From a virus (lineage: Duplodnaviria; Caudoviricetes), in the IMG/VR virus record IMGVR_UViG_3300036945_000489, positions 1-56,079 of that record: 56,079 nucleotides of DNA; one strand, given 5' to 3'. The notes beneath the pieces are model-generated. The model was not told the DNA's origin, made no database searches, and worked only from the letters and a program-made list of their open reading frames with translations. Both the position numbers and the translations under genes were made by a program. Below, piece after piece: positions 10,173 through 20,198 of this stretch; the stretch's first letter is position 1, and every line of letters begins with the position of its first letter.

Positions 10173-10850
10173 TTATCCTGCCACTATGCTATCTTCTGCA
10201 CCAGTTGCACTATCTCCTGCTGAATTGGTTGCTAGAACTTTAATAAAGTATTCTACACCAGTAACAATTGGGAATAGCTGGCTGCTAGTAACAGAATATG
10301 TTCTTGTGGTATTTGCTGGATCAACAATAGTCCAGTCAGCAATACCACCATTAGGAGCCTTTACATATACCTTATAGCTAGTAGCATCTGCAGATGTTGG
10401 TGCATCCCATGTTGCAGTTAGTGTGCCAGTTGGGTTCTCAACGATTGCTAGATTTTGCGGTACTGTTGGAATAGTAACAACAACCTCGTCAACAACGTTT
10501 GTGACCTGCTCTGTAATGGTAATTGAACCATTTAGCAGTGTATACACCAAAGAGTATGGCAATGCATTGATGTTTCTAATTTCAATATCGTAAACATATG
10601 CAGTTCCAGCCTGAAGCTCATTTCCTTCAGTAGGTGTAATGGCACAAGTTATGTAAGTATTGTCTGGTGATATCTGTGCATATGCTGGGATCTGCTGCTC
10701 TGAATTAACACCTCTTGATGTTGCAATATTAAATTGAGCACTGTAGTCTTCTAGATTGAATGGTGATCCAGCTGTGGTTTTTGGATAGATCTTAAACTCA
10801 TAGGTGTCACCTCTGTAGTAATTAAAATCATATTTTCCTGGGAATGCCAT
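10173..10850 (-). CDS. RGDT-family virion protein with C-terminal Fn3
   Basis: YYRGDT N-terminus; PTVPQNL...TWDAP...YFIKVLATNSAG Fn3. Confidence 0.7.
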   Translation of the reverse strand: MAFPGKYDFNYYRGDTYEFKIYPKTTAGSPFNLEDYSAQFNIATSRGVNSEQQIPAYAQISPDNTYITCAITPTEGNELQAGTAYVYDIEIRNINALPYSLVYTLLNGSITITEQVTNVVDEVVVTIPTVPQNLAIVENPTGTLTATWDAPTSADATSYKVYVKAPNGGIADWTIVDPANTTRTYSVTSSQLFPIVTGVEYFIKVLATNSAGDSATGAEDSIVAG

Positions 10851-12307
10851 TAGATAATCTCCTCTATGCTGACAATTATACCATTAGTAACCGTTACCGT
10901 TTTGTTATCTGAAGATACAAAAGATCCAGTTGCTCCTGTTGGAAGCTGGCTTACTGTTGCAATTTGATTTCCTGGATTTGAAGAGTCGTTAATGAACTCT
11001 CCTCCGTCGCCGAATAGAGTAATCTTTCCACTGGCAGTTGTGGTCAGATTGATACTTCCACCAGCCCAAGAACTACTTGAGTATCCAGCATTAATATTTA
11101 CATTTCCTCCAGCGGTACCCTCGCCATTGAATGTTGAACCAGCAGCAATGTTTACGTCTCCGCCGTTTAGTGTGTAAGAGTTTCCAGCATTAATCTCTAC
11201 AAAGCCACCATCGGCATTGTCAGAGTATCCTCCACGAATCTTTACGTATCCACCCTCGCCACCTGCAGCACCGTTGCCACCATCAATCTTGATGTCTCCA
11301 CCGTTGCCAGTAGCTCCTCCACCACGTCCTGCCCAGAGATAAACATCTCCACCTTCTCCGTCGTAACCATCTCCAGCAACGCCGTCTTGTCCAGCAACAA
11401 CTAGACGCTGTGCAGTAGGGTTTGTAACAGTTGGTGATACACCAGTAATAATTGATTGGTCGGATGATAGTGCAAAGCGTAGAACGTCTCCAGAACCAGT
11501 TCGTGCATTTGAAGGACCATAAGGGAAGTGAATGCCACCGTCCATATCAAATTGCCATTCAGCAGGGCCAGCTACAACAGAAACGTGCTCTTTAGGTGCT
11601 GTTACGTTTCCAGTAATTACAACTGGGAATGTTTCTTCAAATGTCTTAGTGAGAACACCATCCCACTGAAAGACCATACCCATGTTTGTTTGGCTTGTGG
11701 TATCGTAAATAGCTACTGTTTGAACACTAGTGCTGTCTGCAAAAGTAAGGGTTGTAGTCGTGTAAGCATTATTAGAGAACCATTGGGTATCTTCATTAAT
11801 AGGTAAGTAAAGACCCTCAGTGTTATTAAGGCCAGTAGAACCATCTGCATAGTCAGCATAAAAAGTTACAGTGCGGCTATCAGTGATGATAGTTCCATTA
11901 TAGCCACTAGCAATTGCTGCGTTACCAGAAGGCAAGGTTAGATTTCCGTTTTGATCAAATCTCCAGGTGTTTGGTCCTTCGCCAGATGTCTCAATCTCAA
12001 CTTGGTCACTAGTAGAGCTAAGTCGCAGTGTGTCAGTTGACTCAATCCAGATGTCATCTGCTGAGTAAATACCAATATCAGCATCCTGTCCATCATCACG
12101 AGTAGTACGAATAGACATATCGTGATTAGCAATTGTTATTGTGCTTTCTTCGTCATTATCGTTATATGCGAACACAAAGTCAGCAACATCACCAGATCCA
12201 CCAATACCTGGTAGACCCTGTTCACCCTGGTATCCTCTAGGACCTTGTGGCCCTGTTGGACCAGGCATCAATACACCTGGCATTGGTACAATTTTAATAG
12301 TTGGCAT
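10850..12307 (-). CDS. Tail fibre-like protein (collagen plus Gly-rich repeats)
   Basis: GPTGPQGPRG; GG.V.I.AG repeats; TVTVTNGII end. Confidence 0.7.
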   Translation of the reverse strand: MPTIKIVPMPGVLMPGPTGPQGPRGYQGEQGLPGIGGSGDVADFVFAYNDNDEESTITIANHDMSIRTTRDDGQDADIGIYSADDIWIESTDTLRLSSTSDQVEIETSGEGPNTWRFDQNGNLTLPSGNAAIASGYNGTIITDSRTVTFYADYADGSTGLNNTEGLYLPINEDTQWFSNNAYTTTTLTFADSTSVQTVAIYDTTSQTNMGMVFQWDGVLTKTFEETFPVVITGNVTAPKEHVSVVAGPAEWQFDMDGGIHFPYGPSNARTGSGDVLRFALSSDQSIITGVSPTVTNPTAQRLVVAGQDGVAGDGYDGEGGDVYLWAGRGGGATGNGGDIKIDGGNGAAGGEGGYVKIRGGYSDNADGGFVEINAGNSYTLNGGDVNIAAGSTFNGEGTAGGNVNINAGYSSSSWAGGSINLTTTASGKITLFGDGGEFINDSSNPGNQIATVSQLPTGATGSFVSSDNKTVTVTNGIIVSIEEII

Positions 12308-12690
12308 TATAAACCTCCTGTAACGTCTCCAAGAACCTTTATGGTACCAATAACTGGTGTCCAGACTGTTCCATCAGTCTTAATTCCTTGAAGATCAAAA
12401 GCCAATTCAGCTACTTGCTTGTTGTACGATGTACCCCAAAGAGCTGTAATGTCTGCTGGAGCATTTACAAGAACATAGCCAACACCAGCAGTTGTTTCTA
12501 GTTCATCAATAACATCGCCCTTAAAGTCATAAGAGCTAGCGGACCAAGTCCATCCAGTCAAGTCGTAAGGGGTAGTTTCATCATCTTCGTAAAACTCAAC
12601 ACGAAGCGGAGAGGTATCTCCACGGACAATAGTCCATTTAAGATTATATGGATCAGCACCAAATTGGGTGTCAGGGCAGCAGGATGTCAT
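12307..12690 (-). CDS. RGDT-family virion protein
   Basis: WTIVRGDT; paralog of 6124..6534. Confidence 0.6.
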   Translation of the reverse strand: MTSCCPDTQFGADPYNLKWTIVRGDTSPLRVEFYEDDETTPYDLTGWTWSASSYDFKGDVIDELETTAGVGYVLVNAPADITALWGTSYNKQVAELAFDLQGIKTDGTVWTPVIGTIKVLGDVTGGL

Positions 12691-12982
12691 AGTAGTTTAA
12701 TTATAGCATTAAATATGTGCTAAAATAACAAAAAAGACTAGCACTCAAGTCGTGGGTATGAGAGACAAACTTGAGCACTAGCCTATATAAATTATAGCAT
12801 AAGTAGGGGTACCATAAATCGTTATAAAGAATTTACATAGATTTAACATAAAAAGTACTTGACAAGAATGTTTTGTGTGCTAATATATATCTATATATAA
12901 GAGATATAAAATATAAAAGATATAACTACTAGCTATATAGCTTTATATATAATAAATATAATCGGTTTTCAGTTTCGGCAGA

Positions 12983-13267
12983 TTACTTTTGACGAGCTAC
13001 GTAGTTGATGAATATTTCTGTTAGGTGATCAATTTTAGAATCTAGTTTTTCGTGATACTCTTCACCTTTTGTGTTTTGATCTTTTAACTCTAGGATATCT
13101 TTTTCAAGTCTTGTAACCTGATCTTTTATTGATTGACCACTATTAGGTTTGACTTCGTGTAGGATATCTTTTAGGTAGTGTCTAATAACCCATCTGATGG
13201 AGACACCGATGATTGTTAAAATTGTAAGTGATGTTAGGATTATACCTAGCCAGTCCACAAAATTCAT
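12983..13267 (-). CDS. Single-TM membrane protein with coiled coil (holin-like?)
   Basis: Probable start MNFVDWLG at 13267; TM helix then PNSGQSIKDQVTRLE. Confidence 0.6.
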   Translation of the reverse strand: MNFVDWLGIILTSLTILTIIGVSIRWVIRHYLKDILHEVKPNSGQSIKDQVTRLEKDILELKDQNTKGEEYHEKLDSKIDHLTEIFINYVARQK

Positions 13268-13301
13268 AATAATACAATTATAAATGCTTTTTAAAATTCG
13301 C

Positions 13302-13322
13302 TGTGGATAACATTGTGTATAA
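13302..13322. promoter_or_regulatory. Tandem DnaA-box pair
   Basis: TGTGGATAA-cat-TGTGTATAA (reverse complement of TTWTNCACA). Confidence 0.7.
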
Positions 13323-13502
13323 GTTTTGCGGTAAATTACTTTCGGCGGTATAAAGCTTTTCGGATATAGCACGGCGGCGATATAGAGTAACTATACACCA
13401 CCTACCAAATATGGATAACACACATATCCCAATATGGTAACAAGGTGTTGATGTCGGGGGTATTGACAATAAACACTATCCCTGATATGATATTATATAT
13501 AC

Positions 13503-13706
13503 ATGGAAGAAGAACGTGAAGTAAAACCTTGGGATCTGCTCAATCCTAAGAACTATAGCGAAGATATATCAGAAGTAGACCGTAGGTTTGCTATCTGTCA
13601 AAGCTGTGAATGGTTTACTAAACAACAACTGTGTTATAAGTGTGGATGTATTATGAAGCTAAAGACTAAGCTTGAACATGCTAGATGTCCTGTAGGTAAA
13701 TGGTAA
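13503..13706 (+). CDS. Small Cys-rich protein
   Basis: RR..IC.SC...CYKCGC..K......CP.GKW; TTGACA promoter directly upstream. Confidence 0.7.
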   Translation: MEEEREVKPWDLLNPKNYSEDISEVDRRFAICQSCEWFTKQQLCYKCGCIMKLKTKLEHARCPVGKW

Positions 13707-13800
13707 GCTTCATTTGCATCAAGAGAGCCTGTGGCTCTTATGTACCGTCGAAGTTTAGCTAACGCTAAATCGAAATATTTTTAACTCATAAGGAGAGATT

Positions 13801-13974
13801 ATGGAAACTAAAGAAATTAATGCATTTAGAGACTCAAAGCCACATCAGAAAGAAGATTGGCTAAGAACTGCATACATTACACAAGGAAAAGAAGTTGGCG
13901 ACATCGCTAAAGAACTTAATATCTCCGTTAAGCTTGTTCACACTCTTCTAAAAGAGTTCAATATAGTCCTATAG
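13801..13974 (+). CDS. Small helix-turn-helix DNA-binding protein (57 aa)
   Basis: AGGAG RBS; ...WLRTAYITQGKEVGDIAKELNISVKLVHTLLKEFNI; below the ORF-track cutoff. Confidence 0.7.
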   Translation: METKEINAFRDSKPHQKEDWLRTAYITQGKEVGDIAKELNISVKLVHTLLKEFNIVL

Positions 13975-14534
13975 GCCATCAGATGGACTACAGAGACATT
14001 ATCATAGGTGTTTTGACATTATATATATTAATAACACTTAAACGCTCCTAGGGCTACCCTGGAGATTTTTAGACACATAAGGAAATACAAATGATCGTTA
14101 ACATTATCGTTCTTCTATTGGCTATTTCCGTTATGCTTTTCTTATACAACGAAGAGGATCAGAATGATTAAGAAGTTTTTATACGTTATTGGTGGAGCTA
14201 CCCTTGCATTTTTATGGATGTTCACATTTTATTCCCTAGTTAGCTACCTAATTTCTTAAAATACCCACATCGTTATCATTTCGTTATATATATAAATCTG
14301 AAAAATCTGAAAAATTGTAAATTTGGAGAAATCTGAATATTTTATAGTTGTGTATGATACACGATCTGACAGAAAAACACCAATTTCAATAGTGAGCACA
14401 CAAACACCACCCCCACCCCACCCTATGCTAATTTGTTTACCTAATGTTTACCTAAATGTGCTTGACAAATGACTATCTATCTGATTGAATATATATAGAT
14501 AAAGAAATAGATAAAAGAAAGAAAGGAAGTCCAA

Positions 14535-14645
14535 ATGTTTTCAGTTTGCGAACTTTGCGATGTAGTAGTAGAGAAGATTTTCATCAAGGAAGAAGGCGAG
14601 TATGGTTGTGAAATCTGCTGGTCTGCCTATGGTGAGATTCACTAA
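14535..14645 (+). CDS. Early Zn-finger microprotein
   Basis: GAAAGGA RBS; MFSVCELCD...CEICWSAYGEIH. Confidence 0.65.
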   Translation: MFSVCELCDVVVEKIFIKEEGEYGCEICWSAYGEIH

Positions 14646-14711
14646 TAGACTTGACAATTGTCATACCTACCCCCTAGAATTAGAACATAACCTAAAAGAA
14701 AGAATCAGAAA

Positions 14712-14918
14712 ATGACTAAGTACGCAAAGACCTCAATCAAAGCCCTAATCCTATCTATCGCCCTAACTGTTGCTGTTGTATTGCTTGACGGCGTTCGCAA
14801 GAGTAATGATGTAGAGGCTCAGGTGTTGGGTGGTATGGCTGAGTTTGTTGTTGGAATGTTTGCCCTAATCGCTGTTGTTGGAACTATCGTTTACCTATTC
14901 GTTGGAGATGAGGCATAA
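14712..14918 (+). CDS. Early two-TM membrane protein
   Basis: Two hydrophobic segments; own promoter and RBS. Confidence 0.65.
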   Translation: MTKYAKTSIKALILSIALTVAVVLLDGVRKSNDVEAQVLGGMAEFVVGMFALIAVVGTIVYLFVGDEA

Positions 14919-15204
14919 TGTCAGACACTACCCCTAAACTATCAGTAGAAGAACTAGAAGTCCTTATCTTCCAGATTGACCTAATGCTAATGAATGAGAG
15001 TAAGTAAATGAATAAACTATTTGGCTTTACCTTCCTAGCCACCTTCCTAACGCTATCTACTAATGACTATTGGGGCTGGGCATTCATTGGTGTAGTAGCC
15101 CTGCTACTGATTGCCCCATTCACTACCCCTGAAACAATGGGTCAAAAGAAATCTAAGTAATACGGCGTGTCAGCTTGACAGATCCCTGGAAAGGGCCCCG
15201 ATCC

Positions 15205-15225
15205 TGTGGATAACTCTGTGGATAA
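15205..15225. promoter_or_regulatory. Tandem DnaA-box pair
   Basis: TGTGGATAA-ctc-TGTGGATAA. Confidence 0.75.
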
Positions 15226-15337
15226 CTATTGTTAAGTATCTACAAAAAAATCCCCTAAAGTTTGTGCGTTTTGGGCTTGACTTTTGTAAGTATCTATGAT
15301 TAACTATATATAGATAAAGAAAAGAAAGGAATTCCAG

Positions 15338-15478
15338 ATGAATTCACTAATGAAAGTAAATGTATCAGATGTAGCAATGTGCGAGATTTGCGACAACTAC
15401 ACCCCTAGAGTGTATGTAGAAGAATTTCAGCAAGAATGCTGTGAGATTTGCTACGACGCTTATGGCGAATGTAACTAA
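15338..15478 (+). CDS. Early Zn-finger microprotein, paralog of 14535..14645
   Basis: CEICD...CEICYDAYGE; near-duplicate upstream region ATATATAGATAAAGAAA..GAAAGGA. Confidence 0.65.
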   Translation: MNSLMKVNVSDVAMCEICDNYTPRVYVEEFQQECCEICYDAYGECN

Positions 15479-15514
15479 ATAACCCCTATAACTACTAAAA
15501 GAAAGGTAAGCATA

Positions 15515-15655
15515 ATGCCTACACTAACTAACGGAACCTTCGTTCCAGTTCACTACAATGACCGTTTCTATGAGGCTAACTGCCCTGAGTGTAATGAAGA
15601 GGTTTCTGCTCTTACTCACTCAGACATAGTAGAGATTCTAGACATTCACTGCTAA
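15515..15655 (+). CDS. Early microprotein (CPEC)
   Basis: GAAAGG RBS; 46 aa. Confidence 0.6.
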   Translation: MPTLTNGTFVPVHYNDRFYEANCPECNEEVSALTHSDIVEILDIHC

Positions 15656-15704
15656 GTGTCTGCCCCTAGTGCTACAATGTAAATAACTAAGAAAGGTAAA
15701 ACTA

Positions 15705-15872
15705 ATGAACATCAAAACACCTATGGACCTACCTACCCTACAGCGTGAGTATGACGCTATGGTTAAGGTTGCTATGCGTTCTATTGACGCAGGGGTTGAC
15801 CTATCCCCTGCTTTTGAGCGTGAACTAACCCTACTAATGAAGGCAGTAAAGGGAATGGGCGGAAAGGTATAA
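15705..15872 (+). CDS. Early hypothetical microprotein
   Basis: Promoter plus GAAAGG RBS; 55 aa. Confidence 0.6.
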   Translation: MNIKTPMDLPTLQREYDAMVKVAMRSIDAGVDLSPAFERELTLLMKAVKGMGGKV

Positions 15873-15930
15873 AAACTTTTCTACCCCACGGCGTGTCGTG
15901 TTGACAAACCAGCTTAGATCTGATCGGGCC

Positions 15931-15951
15931 TGTGGATAACTTTGTGGATAA
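15931..15951. promoter_or_regulatory. Tandem DnaA-box pair
   Basis: TGTGGATAA-ctt-TGTGGATAA. Confidence 0.75.
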
Positions 15952-16077
15952 CTTTTAAGATCGTTGTAAGAAACCTCCAAAAAAGTTTGTAGAAACTTAC
16001 AAAGAAAAAAGGCGTGTTTGTGCCATAAATGTCTGACCCCTGTGGTAATGTAGAACTATCAGATGAAAGGAAAACTA

Positions 16078-16218
16078 ATGGATAAAATGTGTGTTTACTG
16101 CGAGGGTGTTTTTACTAGCGATACTGTTGTATGCCCTAACTGTGATGAACTTGACGGCTTGCTACCGCTAGAAAAAGCGATTGACTACCTAGGGCTTGAC
16201 CCTAATGACTTTGAATAA
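16078..16218 (+). CDS. Early Zn-ribbon microprotein
   Basis: CVYC...CPNC; GAAAGGA RBS. Confidence 0.65.
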   Translation: MDKMCVYCEGVFTSDTVVCPNCDELDGLLPLEKAIDYLGLDPNDFE

Positions 16219-16269
16219 ATGTCATACCCCTCTGCTAAAATAAATTAACAAACAAAGAAAGGGCAACTA

Positions 16270-16449
16270 ATGCCAAAACCAAGAATGACCAAAAGCGAAA
16301 AAGCGTTTACTGAGAGAGTTCACGCAATTGTTTTTGCTACACCAGAAATCCGTAATGGCGTTTCATACCTTGACCGCAAAACTTTTGCTTTGTTGCCAGA
16401 AGTTGCTCAGAAACGATACCTAAATTTGTTAGCAACCAAGACACGCTAA
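16270..16449 (+). CDS. Early basic microprotein
   Basis: Promoter plus RBS; 59 aa. Confidence 0.55.
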   Translation: MPKPRMTKSEKAFTERVHAIVFATPEIRNGVSYLDRKTFALLPEVAQKRYLNLLATKTR

Positions 16450-16496
16450 ATGTCTGAGGGTAATGCTAAACTAAATCTATAAACAAAGGACAGAAA

Positions 16497-16646
16497 ATGT
16501 ATAACGATAACGAACTAGTAAAATGCTCAGACTGCCAAGCGTTAGGTCTGTTCGCACCTGACCTGTATGGCAACTCTGTGTTTCACCACAAAATCCCAAG
16601 CCAGCGAGTTGGCTACTTTACCTTTACAACTACTCACCTAATCTAA
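16497..16646 (+). CDS. Early microprotein (CSDC...HH)
   Basis: AAGGA RBS; 49 aa. Confidence 0.55.
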   Translation: MYNDNELVKCSDCQALGLFAPDLYGNSVFHHKIPSQRVGYFTFTTTHLI

Positions 16647-16658
16647 GGATAGAAAATA

Positions 16659-16832
16659 ATGATGACACGCAAAGACTATGTTGCTACCGCTGAAATTATC
16701 AAGTCATACAACCTACAACTGCCAGAAATTGTTTTGGAAAAGTTGGTAAATGATTTTGCTGAAATGTTCAAGGCTGATAACCCACGCTTTGACTCTAACC
16801 GTTTTCGTGTTGCTGCTATGGAGGTAAACTAA
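16659..16832 (+). CDS. Conserved phage early protein (MTRKDY...DNPRFD..RF family)
   Basis: Recognisable motif of small phage early proteins; function unknown. Confidence 0.7.
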   Translation: MMTRKDYVATAEIIKSYNLQLPEIVLEKLVNDFAEMFKADNPRFDSNRFRVAAMEVN

Positions 16833-17575
16833 TGGAGATTTTTCTAATCGCTTCTGCCCTGCTAAACATTCTAGGCGGAATAACCATTTTGCTTTTGCTA
16901 AAGAGTCTAAAGAATAATCTTCCACCTTTTTAGCGACACGCCAGGCCAGGACTTGACAAAAGCTCCTGGATCTGGTCGGGGGGCGTTATCCTATCGTTAT
17001 AAAAATCGTTAAGAAGATAGTTGCTTTTCCCCTGAATGTGTGATAGGTTTATCTTATAACGAAAGGTGAACTTATGGAAGACATGGCAGCTGATTTTGGT
17101 TGGGACCTCTTTGATGAGGAGGAGGGCTTCAATGTCCCTCTAACCTCTGAGGAGGTGGAGGCTGAGCGTCGCTCTATGGAGCAGGAGGCTCGTGACTCCA
17201 TGATTGGCGAGATGTATAATGCTCGCTACTCATTTGATTGACAAATCCAGGGAAACCTGGTCGGGCCCATCAAAGATCAAAAGTCAAGTCAATTAAGAAG
17301 ATTGAAAAACTTTTCCAGGATTATTAAATGTCAGAGGGTCGTGTTAGTATTTTAGTATGAGAAAAAGAACGAAGCCTTTAGGCAAGGTAAACGAAGCAAG
17401 ACGCAAGGCTGAGAGTCAAGCGTTATTCCACTCTATGCTAAAAGAGGGCAAGAAGCAGGTTGTTATCCCTAAGAAGTTTAAGGGGACACGCCAAGAAAAG
17501 TTTCGTGAAGCCCTTGACAATGAGTAACTAATCCTGTAAAATTATTTCATAACCCCAACAAGAAAGAGGTCCACT

Positions 17576-17881
17576 ATGGGCAGCAACTTTGTAGCAGAGA
17601 TTCAAGACACAGACCTATTCCCTAACTTTGATTTGCGTGACGCTATTGGCATGCACCTTAGAGGTAATTGCTATCCCCCTATCCCTATTGAGATGGCAGA
17701 CGTATGCGTTGAGGCTGTTTATGCCTATGAAGATGGTGACTACTATCGTATGCTTACCCTGCCTAAAATTGGTGATTTCCAAGTCCGCAACCGTGACGGT
17801 AGTATTGAAGTGACTGCAATGCAAGTAGTAGAGAACACACGTATTGAAGGATTCATTCAAGATATGGAGTATGAAGACTAA
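17576..17881 (+). CDS. Early hypothetical protein
   Basis: TTGACA..TAAAAT promoter, GAGG RBS; HL.GN.YPP motif. Confidence 0.7.
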   Translation: MGSNFVAEIQDTDLFPNFDLRDAIGMHLRGNCYPPIPIEMADVCVEAVYAYEDGDYYRMLTLPKIGDFQVRNRDGSIEVTAMQVVENTRIEGFIQDMEYED

Positions 17882-18141
17882 TGGAAGAGTTTGATAAACT
17901 AATGCAGACTATATTGTCTGAGGGCCTTGCTAAAATAGATTCACTATCAGAAGAGGAGCTATACCAATGGATGAGCAATACGTAGCAGAACTATTTGAGA
18001 TGTTTCACAATGGTGATATCAGTGCCAGTGATTTAATGGCGGATCTAGATATGGGTGGCTTTGATGGCGATCTAATTGACTATCTATAAATGTCATACCC
18101 CTAGTCTATAATAATCTTATACCCCAAAAGAAAGTAGCAAA

Positions 18142-18663
18142 ATGACTAACTATGTTGAGATTTATTCAGAACTAATCAAGAAGGCAACCTTTGGCCAGGT
18201 AGAGACTGCCAGTAAATGGTATGTTGACGCTGAGCGTATTGCAGAACAAGTTGCTAAGAACTTAGGTACCACACTTGATGTTGGTGCCAGTGTTATCAGT
18301 GCATTCTCACCTAGGGAGCGTTGGAGCGTAAACGTTGCACGTGCGATTGCATTCTCACTAGGCGAAGAGGTGACTTGCCTAAAGAACAACATAGTCATGG
18401 CTAACAATTCTTTGACCATGGGATTCAGTGCCCTAAAGGGATTGAAGACTAATGCATTCGCTAAGGCTATTGCAGGTGATGAGCAAGCGGTAGTGATTGA
18501 TGTTTGGATGTTGCGTGCCGTTGGTATTGAGAAGAAGACACCTAATCAGTCTTTGTATAATGAACTATCTAACGCTATCAAGGCTGCTGCCTTTGAAGTT
18601 GGTATGACCCCAAGAAGTGCACAGGCTTTGATTTGGATTATCATTAGGGGTAGTGCCCAATGA
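18142..18663 (+). CDS. Conserved phage protein, possibly DNA-glycosylase-like
   Basis: WY..A, SAFSP...W..N, KT.AF, VVIDVWMLR (resembles the HhH-GPD catalytic Asp region), QA..W. Confidence 0.55.
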   Translation: MTNYVEIYSELIKKATFGQVETASKWYVDAERIAEQVAKNLGTTLDVGASVISAFSPRERWSVNVARAIAFSLGEEVTCLKNNIVMANNSLTMGFSALKGLKTNAFAKAIAGDEQAVVIDVWMLRAVGIEKKTPNQSLYNELSNAIKAAAFEVGMTPRSAQALIWIIIRGSAQ

Positions 18664-19197
18664 TTGACTTATCCCTAAGCATATGGGATAATAAAAGGTG
18701 AATGTTTTAGTTGTTGGCGTATGCCTAATATTGTTGATGTTTATCTTATTTATCTTAGCCCCTTTGATAATAGGATTTATCTTTTTTATTGAGACCTTTT
18801 TTGGAGATTGGATTGAGCGTGGAAGAAAGAGAAACTGATGATGTGATGATGCTAGGATGCTTTATCTTTGCAGGTCCATTCTTTATTCTATTAGGCATAA
18901 TTTGCATTCTAGCTTTGTTTAGTTGACAAACTACCCCCAGGGGGCCCGACCACACCAAAGCTGATCTGTCAAGTCTTTAAGAAGATCTTTAAGAACCCCC
19001 AAAACTTTTTCAAATTCTTACGGCGTGTCGCTTTACAATGTCGTAGGGTGTGTGTATAATTGAGGTATAGCAAAAGAGATGTCGCAAAAATAAATAAAAA
19101 AAGTTTAGAAAAGTGCTTGACAAACTCCCCAAACTATGAAATAATAGATTATCAGCAAAAGTTGGTAATAAAATCAAAAAGAGAAAGAAGCAATACT

Positions 19198-19344
19198 ATG
19201 AACACTCTAACTGTTGGCTCACAGTTCACCACCGCTAAGTCAGGCGTTGTAGGCACTATTCAGGAAATCGTAAAGAACGCAAGTGGCTCACAGCGTGTCC
19301 GTCTAGATGTAAACGGACAGCCTCGCTGGACTACTGTAAAGTAA
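19198..19344 (+). CDS. Early small beta protein
   Basis: Probable start MNTLTVGSQF behind a TTGACA promoter. Confidence 0.65.
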   Translation: MNTLTVGSQFTTAKSGVVGTIQEIVKNASGSQRVRLDVNGQPRWTTVK

Positions 19345-19349
19345 TAACC

Positions 19350-19377
19350 TCTGCTGGGTATCAGATAAAACTGCCCA
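19350..19377 (+). ncRNA. H-type pseudoknot copy 1
   Basis: TCTG-CTGGGTAT-CAGA-TAAAAC-TGCCCA. Confidence 0.65.
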
Positions 19378-19411
19378 CCACAACCCACCCCTGAAAAGAA
19401 AGACTACCAAA

Positions 19412-19597
19412 ATGGCTACTAAGACCAAGATTGTTATCTCAACTGAGAAGTGGAACACCACCAAGGGTGAAATCTACAAGGCAGTTGTTCGCACCGCAGA
19501 CGGCAAGTTTCTAGGTGCTACTAATCAGACAACTAACATTCCTGTAAAGGCTAAGCGTAAGGCATCAAGCCCTCGTTTCTTCCTAATGGGCAAGTAG
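19412..19597 (+). CDS. Early basic hypothetical protein
   Basis: ORF with purine-rich RBS. Confidence 0.65.
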   Translation: MATKTKIVISTEKWNTTKGEIYKAVVRTADGKFLGATNQTTNIPVKAKRKASSPRFFLMGK

Positions 19598-19603
19598 TTG
19601 CTA

Positions 19604-19630
19604 ATCCTGAGTATGATGTAAAACTGCTCA
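19604..19630 (+). ncRNA. H-type pseudoknot copy 2
   Basis: ATC-CTGAGTAT-GAT-GTAAAAC-TGCTCA. Confidence 0.65.
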
Positions 19631-19699
19631 CCAATAAATGTCAGACCCCTCTGATAGAATAATGAAGTAAACAAATACCCCTAAAGAAAGAAGTATCTA

Positions 19700-20149
19700 A
19701 TGGCTCGTGCCTTATCTGTAAAAGTTCCAACTGCCGCTGTAATTTCCCAGATTGAGTTGGCTATCGCTGACATTGACGCTAAGGTTGCGTCTTATGCTGG
19801 TGATGTTGAGAAGTATAACCTAGAACTAGAAATCTACAAGAACGAAGTTGCTACCGCCATCATCAAGTATGTTGGTGCTAACACTAACAAGATTGGTTAT
19901 GACTACACCTCAGAAATCCGTATCTCACAAGGACACTCTGGCAAGTTGGAACTAGCGTTTGACGCTGACAAACTTGTTGGCTTCCCTGTTCGCCCAACTG
20001 AGCCTAAGAAGCCTAATCAGTCTGAGTGGTATGGCAACAAGCACATCAACCGCAAGGAAGTCTTGGAAAGCAACCTACGCATTTTGCGTATGACCACCCA
20101 AGAGGAAATCAACGCCTCATCTTACTCGTCTGTAATGGACTTGCTCTAA
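19700..20149 (+). CDS. Early hypothetical protein
   Basis: 149 aa with its own TGTC promoter. Confidence 0.75.
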   Translation: MARALSVKVPTAAVISQIELAIADIDAKVASYAGDVEKYNLELEIYKNEVATAIIKYVGANTNKIGYDYTSEIRISQGHSGKLELAFDADKLVGFPVRPTEPKKPNQSEWYGNKHINRKEVLESNLRILRMTTQEEINASSYSSVMDLL

Positions 20150-20159
20150 GATGAAAAAC

Positions 20160-20188
20160 GACCTGAGTATGTCTATGTAAACTGCTCA
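20160..20188 (+). ncRNA. H-type pseudoknot copy 3
   Basis: GAC-CTGAGTAT-GTC-TATGTAAAC-TGCTCA. Confidence 0.65.
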
Positions 20189-20198
20189 CCACAAACCT

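Noticed and set aside
14404-14423. G-quadruplex on the minus strand
   Set aside because: Only three tracts of 3 or more G; weak on its own
15111-15299. 62-aa ORF, and likewise 26898..27101
   Set aside because: They run across regulatory modules and DnaA boxes with no RBS
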